From Blastocladiella emersonii ATCC 22665 (taxonomy: Eukaryota > Fungi > Blastocladiomycota), in assembly GCA_025594325.1 (NCBI GenBank), contig JANHCV010000007.1, positions 1,612,001 to 1,676,000 on the forward strand: a DNA stretch of 64,000 bases, read 5' to 3'. The notes under the pieces are model-generated. The model was not told the DNA's origin. It saw nothing but the letters and a program-made list of their open reading frames with translations, and did no database searches. Below, piece after piece: positions 44,517 through 56,407 of the stretch; within the stretch, counting starts at the first letter, position 1, and each line of letters begins with the position of its first letter. A program made the position numbers and the translations under genes.

Positions 44517-47500
44517 ATGTTTGAAAAGACGCTGACTGACGTGATCCGCGGCCTGCGGTACGCGCTCCCGACTCTGCGCGCGCCGCTCGACAACTAACGC
44601 CCAGCGCAGCGCAAACAAGGACAACGTCGACGAGCACGCGCAGCAGTGCATCGCCGAGTGCCGGCGCGAGGTGGCCGTGCCGTCGGACCCCGCCGTCAAC
44701 GCGCAGGCCGTGCTCAAGCTCGCCTACTTCCACATGATGGGCTACGACATGGGCTGGGCCAGCTTCCACGTCCTCAAGACCATGTCGTCGCCCGTCTTTG
44801 CCCACAAGTGGATCGGCTACCTCGCCGCCTCGCTCTCCTTCTCGCCCAAGACGGACGTGCTCATGCTCACCACCAACCTCATCAAAAAGGACCTCAACTC
44901 CAACTCGCACTTTGAGACCTCGGTCGCCGCCGCCACGCTCAGCGAGATCGTGACGCGCGACCTCGCGGGCGACCTCGCCGTCGACCTCGTCGCCAAGGTC
45001 ACCCACTTCAACGCGTACACGCGCCGCCGCGTCCTGCTCGCCATCTACCGCACCGCGCTCGTCTACCCGGACATGCTCGACATGGCGCTCGACCGCCTGA
45101 CCGCCCCGCTCTCCGCGTCCGCGGGGCTCGACCCCGCCGTCGTGTCGTGCGCCGTGTCCGTCATCTGCGAGCTCGCCACCGCGAGCCCGCGCGAGTACAT
45201 TGCCCTCGCCCCGCAGCTCTTTGGCCTGCTCACGTCGACGGGCAACAACTGGACGCTCATCAAGCTCGTCAAGGTGTTTGCCCGCATGGCCGAGCTCGAG
45301 CCGCGTCTCGTCAAGAAACTCGCCCCGCCGCTCGCCGAGCTGATCCGTGCCACGGGCGCCATGTCGCTGCAGCACGAGTGCATCCTCGCCGCCCTCACCG
45401 GGGGCCTCACCCGCCACCCGACGCTCGGCCCGCCGCTCGCCGCCCTGTGCCGCGACAAGCTGTGCGTGTTCCTGGGCCACCGCGACCCGAACCTGCGCTA
45501 CGTCGGCCTCGTCGCCACCGAGCACCTCGTCCGCTTGCACCCAGACCTGGTGACGGAGGCGCTCGAGGACGCCGTCTTTGATTGCCTCGACGCACCCGAC
45601 CTCACCATTCGCCACCGCGCCATGGACGTGCTCGCGCTCCTCGTCACACCGACCAACCTGCCCGACGTCGTCGCGCACCTGATGCGCGGCCCGCGCCGGG
45701 CTGCTTCGTCCGATACCGAATCGGATTCCGAGGAGCCGGACCAGATCGCCGCGGCCATGGACAAGAAGACAGCCACCGTGATCCTGGACGTGTGCACGCG
45801 CAGCGGGTTCGCGCTCGTCACGGACATTGAGTGGCTCGTCGCCACCCTCGTCGCGCTCATGACCCACCCGACCGCGCCGTCGCACATCGGCCCCGCGCTC
45901 GCCCACCACACCATGGACCTCGCCCTCCGCGGCGGCACGCACCTCCCGCACCTCCGCCCGCTGCTCCTCGCCGCGCTCGTCCCGCTGCTCTCGGCGAACA
46001 ACGGCACCACGTCATCCTCGCTCCCGCCGCCCATCTGGTCCGCGATCGTCTGGATCGCCGGCGAATTCGCCGCCGAGTCCGCCGGCGGGCCCGGGCTCGC
46101 CCTCGAATCGCTCCTCGCCGTCAGCGTCCCCGCCACCCCGCGCGTCCACGCGACGTACGTGCACGCGCTCGCCAAGACGGCCATCGCCGCGCTCCTCGCC
46201 ACTCCCGCCCTGACCCGCGACGCCGCAGCCGCGGTCCTCGACGACCCGCTCCGCGTCATCGACGGGTACCTCGCGTCGTCCGACAACCCCGAGGCTGTCG
46301 AGCGCGCGCGGCTTGCGTTGGCTGCGCTCGCCGCGGTGCGCAACGCGCCGTCCGCCGAAAACCTACGCGCCGTCGCCGCGTGGTACCTCCCGACCACGCC
46401 CGCGGCCGCCCTCGCGCCGCACGTGCCCGGCGCGGCAGCCGCGCCGACGCCGCCGTTCGATCTCACTCAGTGGTGCGAGGCCGACGCGCGCGACTTTTTC
46501 GATGAGCCACCGCAGCCCCTGTTCGCCGCGCCGTCGGTCGCGGACCCCGCGCTCGCCGAGGTCGGGGAGGGGAAGCCGGACTCGGTCGAGGACCTCCCGC
46601 GGCATTCCAAGTCAGTGCGGGGTGGAGCGGCGAAGTCCAAGGTTTTGGCCGAGGGCGCACCGCTCGTCACGCCCGCCGCCGAAACGAGCAAGTCCCCCGC
46701 TGCGACGCCCGCCAAGACGTCCCGCGCGCGCAACGTCCTGCGCAAGGGCTCGCCCGCAGACAACGCTGCGCCATTGATTGCCCCACTTGGGTCGACGCCC
46801 ACCTCTACGGCGACGCCTGCGCCGCTCGTTGTCAAGTCGACCGTCTCAAAATCCTCGCCTCGGTCCACCCGCGCGCCGCCGTCGACGCGCACCCCGACCG
46901 ACCCGGCGTCCACCGCCACCGCGTCCGCGACCGCGTCGACCGACGACATGCACCTCGCGCTGCACCTCGCCGCGCCGCGCGCCGCGACCGCCGCCGCGTT
47001 CGCCGTCCCGCTCACCGTCGCGTGGACCCCGCGCCACGCGCTCGCGCTCGCCGACCGCCGCGCGGTGCTCCTGCATCTCGCGGCGCCCGCGTGGATCGGC
47101 GTCGCGGGGACCCAGGACGAGGGCGTCGTCGCGGAGCTCGTGCCCGGGAGCGAGGCGGTGTCAAAGCTGCTCCTGCTCAAGCTGCGCAAGGCGAAGCTCG
47201 CGGGCGCGTTCGCTGCCGCCAATGGCGGGGAGGAGACGGAGATCGTCCTCCGCGCCGTCGACGCCGACACGCACGCCGAGCTCGCGCGCGTGGTCCTGCG
47301 GGTTGAGCTGACGCACGTCCTGTCCCCCGCCACTATCCAGCCCGACGAGTTCGAGGCGCGGCTCACGGGCCCGACCGCCGCGTCCGAGTTCCCACCCACC
47401 GCCCCGCCCGCGCTCACCGCGGTACCCTACGTGCCGTGGCCCACGCTCGCGCGCGTCGCGAGGATGCACCTTGTCGAGGTTGTCGCTGGGTCCGCGAGTC

Positions 47501-47679
47501 TGTGGGGGAAGCTAGAGATGGCTGCGGGCAAGGTGTGCTGGATCGCGGCGCTCGCCAAGGCAGATGGCGAGGGAAGGATCGCGGTCCAGGTCAAGGCGGG
47601 CGAGGCGTGGGTCGCGGCGGCTGTAGCGAGGGCGGTCGAGCGCGGGGTCGCTGAGGCGGTGCAGGCTGGCGCGCTGTAG
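44517..47679 (+). CDS. APL5: AP-3 complex subunit delta, 1036 aa
   Basis: join(44517..44557, 44610..47679). MFEKTLTDVIRGLRANK, KLAYFHMMGYDMGWASFHV, KWIGYLAAS, MLTTNLIKKDL, NNWTLIKLVK and DPNLRYVGL are characteristic of delta-adaptin. Confidence 0.92.
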
Positions 47680-48015
47680 TAGTGGGAGATGAATGCGATA
47701 TACGCGTATTGATAGGTTTTGATTGTTCGGGTCGCGGCTGCGGCCGCGAGGGCTGGGTTCCTTGGTCGGCTGTACCGCTCGAGGCCTGAATGATGAGGCA
47801 AGAGACGCCGGAGGCCTGACTCGCCTGACTCGGGAGGTGACGTCCCGGATCGCGACGCGTCGCGATATTACGTTTTGTCTCCGACGCGACGTGAGACGCG
47901 TTTCGGGCGTCAACGGCTCCGACTTTGGCTCGCACGGGTTTGTGAGGCGACAAGTTGGCGAGAAAACAATCCTATTATTGGCTATCCATGACAAGCAGGA
48001 ACGGCTCTGCCTAGG

Positions 48016-49824
48016 TCAACTCGAATCCATCAACTCAGGAGGATTAATCAGAATGTTCTTGAGCGAGGCGGGCGCCGCGTCCTCGATCGCGCGCTTGCCA
48101 ACAGCCGTGATGCGGGTGCCAGTTACGCGAAGCGTCTCGAGGGCCGGCGGCATGTGCTGGGCGAGGAGCAGGGCGCAACGGTCGGTGAAGCCCCTGCCGC
48201 ACGTGAAGTCAAGCTCGCGCATCGTCGCGGGAAGCACAGGCGTGAGCGCCTCCATGCTCTCCTCCGTAATGTTCTCGAGCCCTGACAAGCGGAGGTGCTC
48301 CAGCCGCGGCGGCATGCACTGTGCAAGGACTTGGTGCCCGACCACGGTCAAACTAAGGGCCCGAAGACGGGACGTGCAAAGCTCCAGGCGGCGCAGCGTG
48401 CGTGGCATGCGCCGGAACAGGTACACGGCAGTCGTGTCGTACAAGCCTGTGGTGTTGAGGATCAGTTCCTCGTGGTTGGGCGGGAGAACGCGTGCGAGCA
48501 GGTACTTGGTCGCGGGGAATGCGCAAATGCTGACGAACGAGAAGTCAAGGCTGCGCACGGTCGGCGGGAGCGCTAGGAGCAAGGATTTGGCGCCTTCGAT
48601 TGAGAGATCTGAACCGCCAACGTCCAGCTTTTCAAGGGTCGAGGGCATGGCGTCCGCCAGTGCGCGCGCAGCGTTGGTGTACAGCCCGCCGCAAACGAAC
48701 GTAAGCTCCGTGATTGTTGCAGGGAACGACCAGCGGACCTTGGGGCCGGCGTCCTCCACCTCGTCGCGCGTGTTGAATGATATGGTAAGTGATTGGAGTG
48801 TGGGAGGAAGGGCCTCGCATATGGCGACGAATCCATGGATAGAAACATCGTTGGAATACAGGTCGAGGGACAGCAAGGACGGGGGCAAGGCCTTGACGAT
48901 CTCGAGCGTCGTCGCGTCATCGTACTTGTTCTGCGCAAGCTTCAGCGATTTGAGACCGGTCGGGAGGCGCTCAAGGAGCTGAGCGCTGAGGTACGGATCG
49001 TGCGGATTCATCGAAAAGTCCAGGCGTTCGAGATGCCGCGGCCACTGCCAGGAGTCCACCCATTGCTCGGTTGCAATTTGAAGAATCCAAGTATCGCTAA
49101 GGTCGAGACTAGTGAGCGTTGTCGCGAAGTTGAGACGAGACAAGCGATCGCAGTCGATCGAGGAGCCATGAAAGCTAAGCGACGCGAGAGCCTGCGTCGG
49201 GCTCGCCATAGCCGCGTTGAGAGCATCAATCCCTTTCATGGCAATGGGGACGTGCTTGAGCTCCAGCTCGGTCCGATTTCCCGCGGCGATCACATCAACG
49301 GCAGCGAGAATGGTTGAGTCGGCTGGGATGCGCTCCTAGGTCGGTCGGTGCGTCAGAGTTGCAATATAGTCACAAGAGTCCAACGAGAGTTCTTTCACAT
49401 ACCAATGAATCCTTACCCGGCCAGATTGGGTCGAACTGGATTCCAAGTGCTGCAAGGACGCGTTCATCGCCGTGCTCGTCCTCGTATCCGCTGTACGGTA
49501 GGCCCGAGTCACGAATCCACTCAAGCGTGCGTAGCTCGCACATGCTGAGCATCGCCAGGTTGACCCGGATGGGAAGCCCCATCGAGTGCCACTTGCGGAG
49601 CAGCGCAACGTGGCCAGTTTGCAATGCCCCGAAGAATGAGTGACAGCCCGAACATTGTAAGATAGCCTCGGAATGAGATGCGTGTGCGTGACTGCCGCAA
49701 TCTGCTGGAAACCGTCGAGGTCGTCACGGTCGAGCGACCAAACTGCGTGACAAAGCACGCGCTCGATGATTTCCGGTACGTTCAGGACCACGGGCATGTT
49801 TTGCATCAGGTTCATGGGTTCCAT
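48016..49824 (-). pseudogene. RNI-like leucine-rich-repeat protein with lineage-specific N-terminal module; one apparent frameshift
   Basis: LRRs include LERLDFSMN, LKSLKLAQN, LLSLDLYSN, LEKLDVGGS and LEHLRLSG. Intron 49336..49402 (GTATGT...CTGAC...TAG) links them to the upstream exon. The N-terminus (LNVPEIIERVLCHA) and SEAILQ...TGHVALLRKW are in different frames near 49680-49700. Confidence 0.6.
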
Positions 49825-50347
49825 GACATGTGGGTTGTAGGACGTCGAGAGGCTCAAGTCCAAGCGTGAGAAACGCGGCGGCGACGTCGACGCGAGGACT
49901 CACTCGGTCGGCAACGCGCGCGCCGGGCTTCACCCGGGCATCACCGGAGCTCAGATCGAGCAGCTTTGCGGAAGCGCTTTTTATAACATGAGAACACAGC
50001 CTCTGTGACCTGGAGTCATGCGAGACGATGATGGTGGACAAGGCCGCCGAACCCTCCCAGCGGGTTTTGGCCCAACGCAGACCGCCAGTCGTCGGTAACC
50101 CACCCGGAGCGAGTAACCAGCTTCCTCTATCGTTCAATTTGGGCGCAAAGGGACGCAACGCACGGGCGGCGATGACGGCGAGGCGCGCGGCGCGGCCTGG
50201 GTTGATGGACGCGTCGCGAAATCATGTGAGCGGCGATGTTGATCAATTTTCAGGCGCGACCCTGCCCGCCTCCGCTCCTCCCTCTCCAGCCGAGCAGCGA
50301 CTCGAAGTGAAGACCCGACTGACTGCAACGTATCAAGCACTTCCATT

Positions 50348-50940
50348 ATGGGCCTTTTCTCGTGGTTCTCCGGCAATTCCTCGTCGGCCGCCGACGCTCC
50401 TGCGCCGGAGGTCGATCCGACGCACTCGTCCACCTTCTCGGGCGATCTGGAGACGGTGCCGCGCAACAACACGGTGTGCTACCACCTCGAGGGCTTCCTG
50501 TCGTGCGAGTACTTCCAGAGCGCGCTGAGCCTGGGCTCGCGTGTCGCTGCGACGTCCAACTCGGCGGCCAACCCGAACGGCGGCGAGATCCACGTCGACA
50601 CCAACATCTTCTCCGAGTCCGAGTTCTTCGGGTCGCGCCTGCCTGAGCTCAAGCAGGTGCGTGGGCGTTTGGGATCTAGTCGTTACCGTGCGCTGACCGC
50701 GGCATGGTGCCGTCTAGCAACTGCGCGAGAGGGTGAGTGCAAAGGGCGCGCTCGCCCGCCACCGGACATGCCCGATCGTGTACGAGGGGTGCGACGAGGT
50801 CAACCTCACCTACGGTACGCGTTCTTTTCCGTCACCTCGCGCGCGATAATCGGACACTTATCACGGCACTCCCTGTAGTGGGCGGCTACGATGACTTTGC
50901 CAAGGTCGCCGCCGAGCGCCACGGCGTGCGGCCTCAGTAG
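50348..50940 (+). CDS. Small thioredoxin/glutaredoxin-like protein resembling the N-terminal domain of MDH1B/PPIL6, 155 aa
   Basis: join(50348..50656, 50718..50814, 50879..50940); canonical introns keep frame. Motifs LEGFLSCEYFQSA, HRTCPIVYEG and YVGGYDDF. Confidence 0.65.
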
Positions 50941-51038
50941 GGCCATCCCGACACCTTGTAGATCTCCTAGTTACCGCCAAACCACTATCTATATACGCTC
51001 ACGTACACCACCACCACCGCCGCCTCCGCCTCCCTACG

Positions 51039-51661
51039 CTACGGCAGACTCTCCCGCGCGCCGCCCCACCACTTGAGCGTGTCGACGCGGCCGGGCGCGA
51101 CCCTTGCGAACCGGTCGAGGACCTTGCCCTTGTGTGCGGCAAACTGCCACCCGTACGCCTCGGCCGTGGTCGCCGGGAACGTGTACTTGTCCTGCGGCGG
51201 GGCGCGCCGGATCATGTGCTTGACGTTGTAGGTGGCGAGGTCGCCGAGCACGGCCTCGCTCGTCTCGGGCTTCTCGCGCGCGGGGAATACGGAGTTGACG
51301 GACGACGAGGTTGGCGGGGTGATGGGCGGCAGCGCGCTCTTGCCCTGCGCTTCGGTGCGCTTCGACTTTGAGAAGGACGAGCGCGGGTACTACGTGATGC
51401 GAGATGCGGAGTGAGTGGTCGGTGGTTCGCGAGTGTGAGCGTGGGCAGCGCGGCGCACCTTGGCTTGCGCCATGAAAGCCCAGTTTTTGTCCCAGTTGGA
51501 CGCGCAGACGTATTCGTTCTGGATCATCTGACGCCTAGCCGTCGCAGGAAGTGAGTGAGGTTCCCGCGCGCAGTGCATCTCGCTCAAGTCACGAACCAAA
51601 TCGCGTCATCGTGGACCTGGTTGTGCACCTTCTTGGTGCCCGCCTTTGCTGCTTCGGTCAT
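51039..51661 (-). CDS. Ciliary microtubule inner protein, CIMIP1/C20orf85-like, 163 aa
   Basis: join(51661..51597, 51534..51459, 51389..51039). NQVHDDAIWRQMIQNE...NWDKNWAFM and FPATTAEAYGW match the C20orf85-type N-x-V-xx-D-x-IW...NWxxNWxF and P-x-TT-xxx-GW motifs as I recall them. Confidence 0.7.
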
Positions 51662-52176
51662 GGTTGATCAGAGTTCCTCGACAAGTTTCATGAAGTCTCC
51701 GTTGGATCCCTTCCGGGTTGGTTTTGTCGAAAGTGAAGCGAACCCGCGCGCTTTGACGCGGACTCGAAAACTGTCTCGCGCGGGACGCGTTCCGGCTCAC
51801 GTGGGTGGCGCGAGACACGGAATGAGCGACGCGTGAGGTGCTGCCACGCGCGGCTGACGGCTGACCGATCGCACGAGGCCCACGCCACGCCACACCGCGT
51901 TCCCACAGATCGACGCCGATCGCAACTGATTAGTCGGCAAGGCGTGGGTGCGACCGGATCTCGCGGCCGTTCTCGCGCGCTGAGCCGCAACCCAGCTTCC
52001 GTCGGATACATGCGAGCGTCTGCCTGGATGTCCCATCGGCCGCCCACATGAAGATGAGGGTGACGTCGCAGCGCTGTGGGCAGGCAGGGACCGCGCGCGT
52101 GTCTGCGGCTCCATCGCGGCTCCTTCCTCGCGCAGAAGCAGGATCATCTGCGAACCACGCAAACCCATGCAGCACC

Positions 52177-55150
52177 ATGATGCGCCAGACGAACATCCCT
52201 CGGCCGCCGTCGCACGCGGCCACCGCGACCGCATCCGCCACTGAGGCCTCGTCCGCGTCCTCGGAGAGCTGGGAGCTGCGTCGGCCGCTCGCTCCAGCGT
52301 CGCCGATCGGCCATGCCTCCATCACAATCGACGCGAGCCACGCGCCCGCGATGCCGCCGCCTACGTCGTCGGACACGCCGACGTCGCCCACGCTTACGGC
52401 TGACGGGAACATGGGTGCGGGCGGCGCGGGCGGTGCCAATGCACCGAGTCAGGGTAACGGCAACGGCCATGACCATGGCCCGCGCATCACGCTCGCGTTC
52501 GAGAACTTCTTCTACACGGTGCCGGTGACCAACACGCGCGGGGTCCCCGCCAACGGGAACGGGAACGGCGGCAACGGCCACGGTGCGACGAGCGGCGCTG
52601 CCCTTCCCCCGCCACCCACCGAGAAGCCGTCCCTGCGCCAACGGATCCACGCGCGCAAGGAGACGTCGACCAAGACGGTCCTGCACGGCCTGAGCGGCGA
52701 GTTCCAGCCGGGTCGCCTCACCGCGGTACGCCGACGCTCCCTTTCACCCCGAATCGTGCTCTAACAGCTTCGAGCGTGCAGGTACTAGGCCCTAGCGGGA
52801 GCGGCAAGACGACCTTGCTCAATTCTCTCGCCGGCCTCCCGAGTACGGGCTCGACGCGTGGCGCGATCAAGCTCAACGGCGTCGCCCTCGAACCGCACCA
52901 GCTGCGCTCGGTCATCGGGTTCGTGTTCCAGGACGACGTGATTCTCGAGACCATGACCGTGTCCGAGGGTACGTGCGGCGGTCGAGCCCCTTCTCGCGTG
53001 TGCTGACTCGTGGTCACGTTGTGTAGCCATCGACATGTCGCTCCGCCTGCGCAACCCGCCCATGTCGGACGAGGAGCGGCAGACGCGACTGGAGCGCGCC
53101 ATCGACCTGCTCGGTCTCGCCGACGCGCGCAATACGCTCATCGGGTCGCCGCTGCGCAAGGGCGTGAGTGGCGGCGAGCGCAAGCGGGTGGCCATCGGCA
53201 TGGAGCTCGTTGCGCGGCCCCAGGTCGTGCTTCTCGATGGTACGCTTCGACTCGGGCCTCGGCCATGTCGACACGCTAACCGCCTTGCCGACGATTAGAG
53301 TGCACGACGGGCCTCGACGCGTTCACGGCCTACTCGGTCATGGCGCTCCTCAAGGGGCTCGCGCAGACCCAGGGCAAGACCATCGTGTGCACACTGCACC
53401 AGCCCTCGTCTGAGATCTTTGATATCATCGACGACATCCTGATCCTGGTCAAGGGCGAGGTACTCTTCACAGCGGCCATCGACCACGAACACGCGGCGAA
53501 CTGACATGCTGGCCATTGCCGCGTAGATCCTGTACCACGGTCCGGCCAAGGATATGGTCGACTACTTCTCGGCGCGCGGCTTCGACTGCCCGCGGTTTAC
53601 CAACCCGCCCGACTTCGTGTTCATGCAGGTCATCAACAACAACCCGGCCGGCACGCAGGTTCTCGTCGAGGAGTTCAAGCGCACCAAGGCCATCGCCGCC
53701 GGCAACGGCGACGACGAGCAGTTCCTCCCGACCATTGAGCCCGTCTCGCCCGTCTCGCCCGTGGCCCACCACCGCCGCCGGCGTCACCGCACCTTCAGCT
53801 CGGGCAAGTACAACCACCGCCGCCACCAGGAGGACGAGGCGACGCGCCGCGCGCTCGCCGAGATGACCAAGTACCGGCCGTCGTTCGGCCAGCAGTTCCG
53901 GTACCTGTCGTCGCGGTCGTGGTACAACGCGATCCGCAACCCTCTGATGCTGCAGGCGCACCTTGGCCAGGTCGTGTTCCTAGGCGTGCTGGTCGGGCTC
54001 ATCTACCTCGACATCCTGGGCGGCGATGAGCCCGGGTCGTCGATCGCGCAGTCGGTGTCGGGCGCGCTCTTCTTTGTGTGCACCAACTCGTTCTTCTCGG
54101 CGGTCATGCCGGTGCTGTCGGTCTTCGCGTCCGAGCGGCCCGTGTTCATTCGCGAGTACTCGACGGGCTACTACGGGCCCGCCGCGTACTACTGGTCCCG
54201 CACCCTCGTCGAGCTGCCGTTCCAGATCCTCTTCCCGCTAGTCTTCGCGTGCATCACGTACTGGATGATCCTGTTCTCCGGGTCCTTCGTCGAGTTCCTC
54301 GTCTACACCATGTTCATCGTGCTGCTGGCCCTCGTCGGATCGGCCTTCGGCATGTGCATGGCCAGTACCTTCGAAGATATCGGCATCTCGCTCGCGGTTG
54401 CGCCGGGTACGTTTCCTCACGCGTGTCCGACATCGGGGTGACTTGGGTCACCTCCCGACCACGTTCCCCCGCCTCCCCGACCACCTCCCTTGACCTCCCT
54501 GACCTCCCCGACTTCGCTAACACCCCAAAAATCGTAGCGGCGATCTTGCCATGGATGTTGTATGGCGGGCTGCTGGTGAACACGGCGACATCGGCAGTGT
54601 GGTTGGTGTGGATCCAGTGGATCTCGCCGATCCAGTACGCGTTCACGGGCCTCATGCTCAACTTCTGGGCCGGGCGCGACGTGAACGGCTTCGACGGCGA
54701 TGCGTACCTCGAGCAGCTCCAGTAAGTTCTTCTCGTGTACTTTCTTGACATTCCGAGCGTGGTTGCTGACCGAAAAACGCGTCCAGGGTGACCAAGCGCT
54801 TCTCAATCGGTGTCAACGTCGTCTTCATGGCCATCCTGTACGCGTTTTACACCATCCTCGGCTATTTCGCGCTTCGCCGCATCGCGTACGCCATCGGCGG
54901 GCGCGCGACGCCGAGCGACCGGTCGATCACGGCGCTGATCGCGCGGGCCAAGTACCGCGTGCACCGCGGCCACGACCCGATCATCGACATGGCCGGGCAC
55001 GAGGACGACGTCGACGGTGCTGCCGCAGCTACCACGAGCGCGGCGAGTCGCGGCCAAGCTGGGGACGGAATGGTCCCGCCCGACGTCGTCCAGGCCGGCG
55101 TCCTGCAGCCCGCGATGCAGGGGTGGACCGCATCGACGGGCGCTGAGTGA
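52177..55150 (+). CDS. ABCG (White-type) half transporter, 845 aa
   Basis: Seven exons; introns 52726..52781, 52969..53026, 53240..53298, 53460..53526, 54407..54537 and 54722..54786 keep frame. Walker A GPSGSGKTT, FVFQDD, signature VSGGERKRV, LLDECTTGLD, CTLHQP, then ERPVFIRE and ABC2 transmembrane helices. Confidence 0.93.
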
Positions 55151-55201
55151 GGGGGGTTGGAGGAGGGAAAGAGTGTATTCTCAGAGGTCCAATTGATTCA
55201 T

Positions 55202-56388
55202 TGTATTGTCGTTTCCCTTCGCCGTGTTTCTCGGCCCTCGGGAGCCCATACTTGAGTCGTCAGGCGCGGGTGGGGGCGTGTTCGTATCTCAGCGATGCTC
55301 CTGCACCATGGTGAGCGACAGGAACTGTTCCGGGTCGGCTGGTGTGTGGGCGCGCTAGCGCGTCTCCCGTCTCGCGTCCCGCGCGGGATGCGATGCGACG
55401 CTCATGCACTATCGCGTGCGGCTACTCTGAGAAGGATAGCGCGACCTTTGTTTTGCAAATGACGCGTCTGCTCGACGCGTACTTGACAAGATGGTTCAAC
55501 ATGGGCCTCCGTTCTTCCAGTGGAGCTCAAGTCCAGGAGCGCGCTCGCGGCGGGGGACTCGCTCGAGCGCGCCCTTTGACTGATCCGGCGGGCCGCGGGT
55601 TCGTCGCGTGCTTCAATTCGATTGCAAACGGCAACGGGGAACGCTACCACGCTCGAGATGATCATGCGCAAACCGTCCTCCTCGTTACGGCCATGGAGCC
55701 GCAAGATGTTGTATGGTCCATCAACGTGGTTCCATCACACCCGCGCTCTACCGCATCACGCTCTTCACAAAACTCGGGCAGTTTGACGTCACAAACTTTT
55801 TGCTCGAGCAAGCGGTTGTCATGATCACGGATCTGGACGCCCTTCACGGCGCGCCGCCGCGGCTGCGACCTCAACTCGGACCCGCGGCCCTTCCTCGCAC
55901 GTCTTTACGGCGTACGACACGACTCGCAACTCTCCCTGGCCGTGGAAGTTGAGATTGCGCCCGCGCCCGTCAATATACCAGCTTTATATACCGTGTTTTA
56001 CGGGCGTACCAAGTCGCGCCTGCTCGAGCGAGTCCCCCGCCGCGAGCGCGCTCCTGGACTTGAGCTCCACTGGAAGAACGGAGGCCCATGTTGAACCATC
56101 TTGTCAAGTACGCGTCGAGCAGACGCGTCATTTGCAAAACAAAGGTCGCGCTATCCTTCTCAGAGTAGCCGCACGCGATAGTGCATGAGCGTCGCATCGC
56201 ATCCCGCGCGGGACGCGAGACGGGAGACGCGCTAGCGCGCCCACACACCAGCCGACCCGGAACAGTTCCTGTCGCTCACCATGGTGCAGGAGCATCGCTG
56301 AGATACGAACACGCCCCCACCCGCGCCTGACGACTCAAGTATGGGCTCCCGAGGGCCGAGAGACACGGCGAAGGAAAACGGCGATACA
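55202..56388. repeat. Long inverted repeat: arms 55202..55568 and 56022..56388 (367 bp; inner 340 bp perfect), 453-bp spacer
   Basis: Base-by-base reverse-complement match from 55229..55568 to 56022..56361; the outer 27 bp carry four C/T differences. Confidence 0.97.
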
Positions 56389-56407
56389 TGTGCGCGTACG
56401 TTTTGGG

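Noticed and set aside
53227-53320. ABCG D-loop variant DECTTGLD instead of DEPTSGLD
   Set aside because: Walker A, Walker B, signature and H-loop are intact; a single substitution is not enough to infer altered function.
55342-56248. Duplicate short ORFs in the inverted-repeat arms (55342..55824 +, 55970..56248 -, 55402..55704 -, 55949..56188 +)
   Set aside because: They are mirror images created by the repeat, start at non-ATG codons or lack recognisable motifs, so there is no support for coding.
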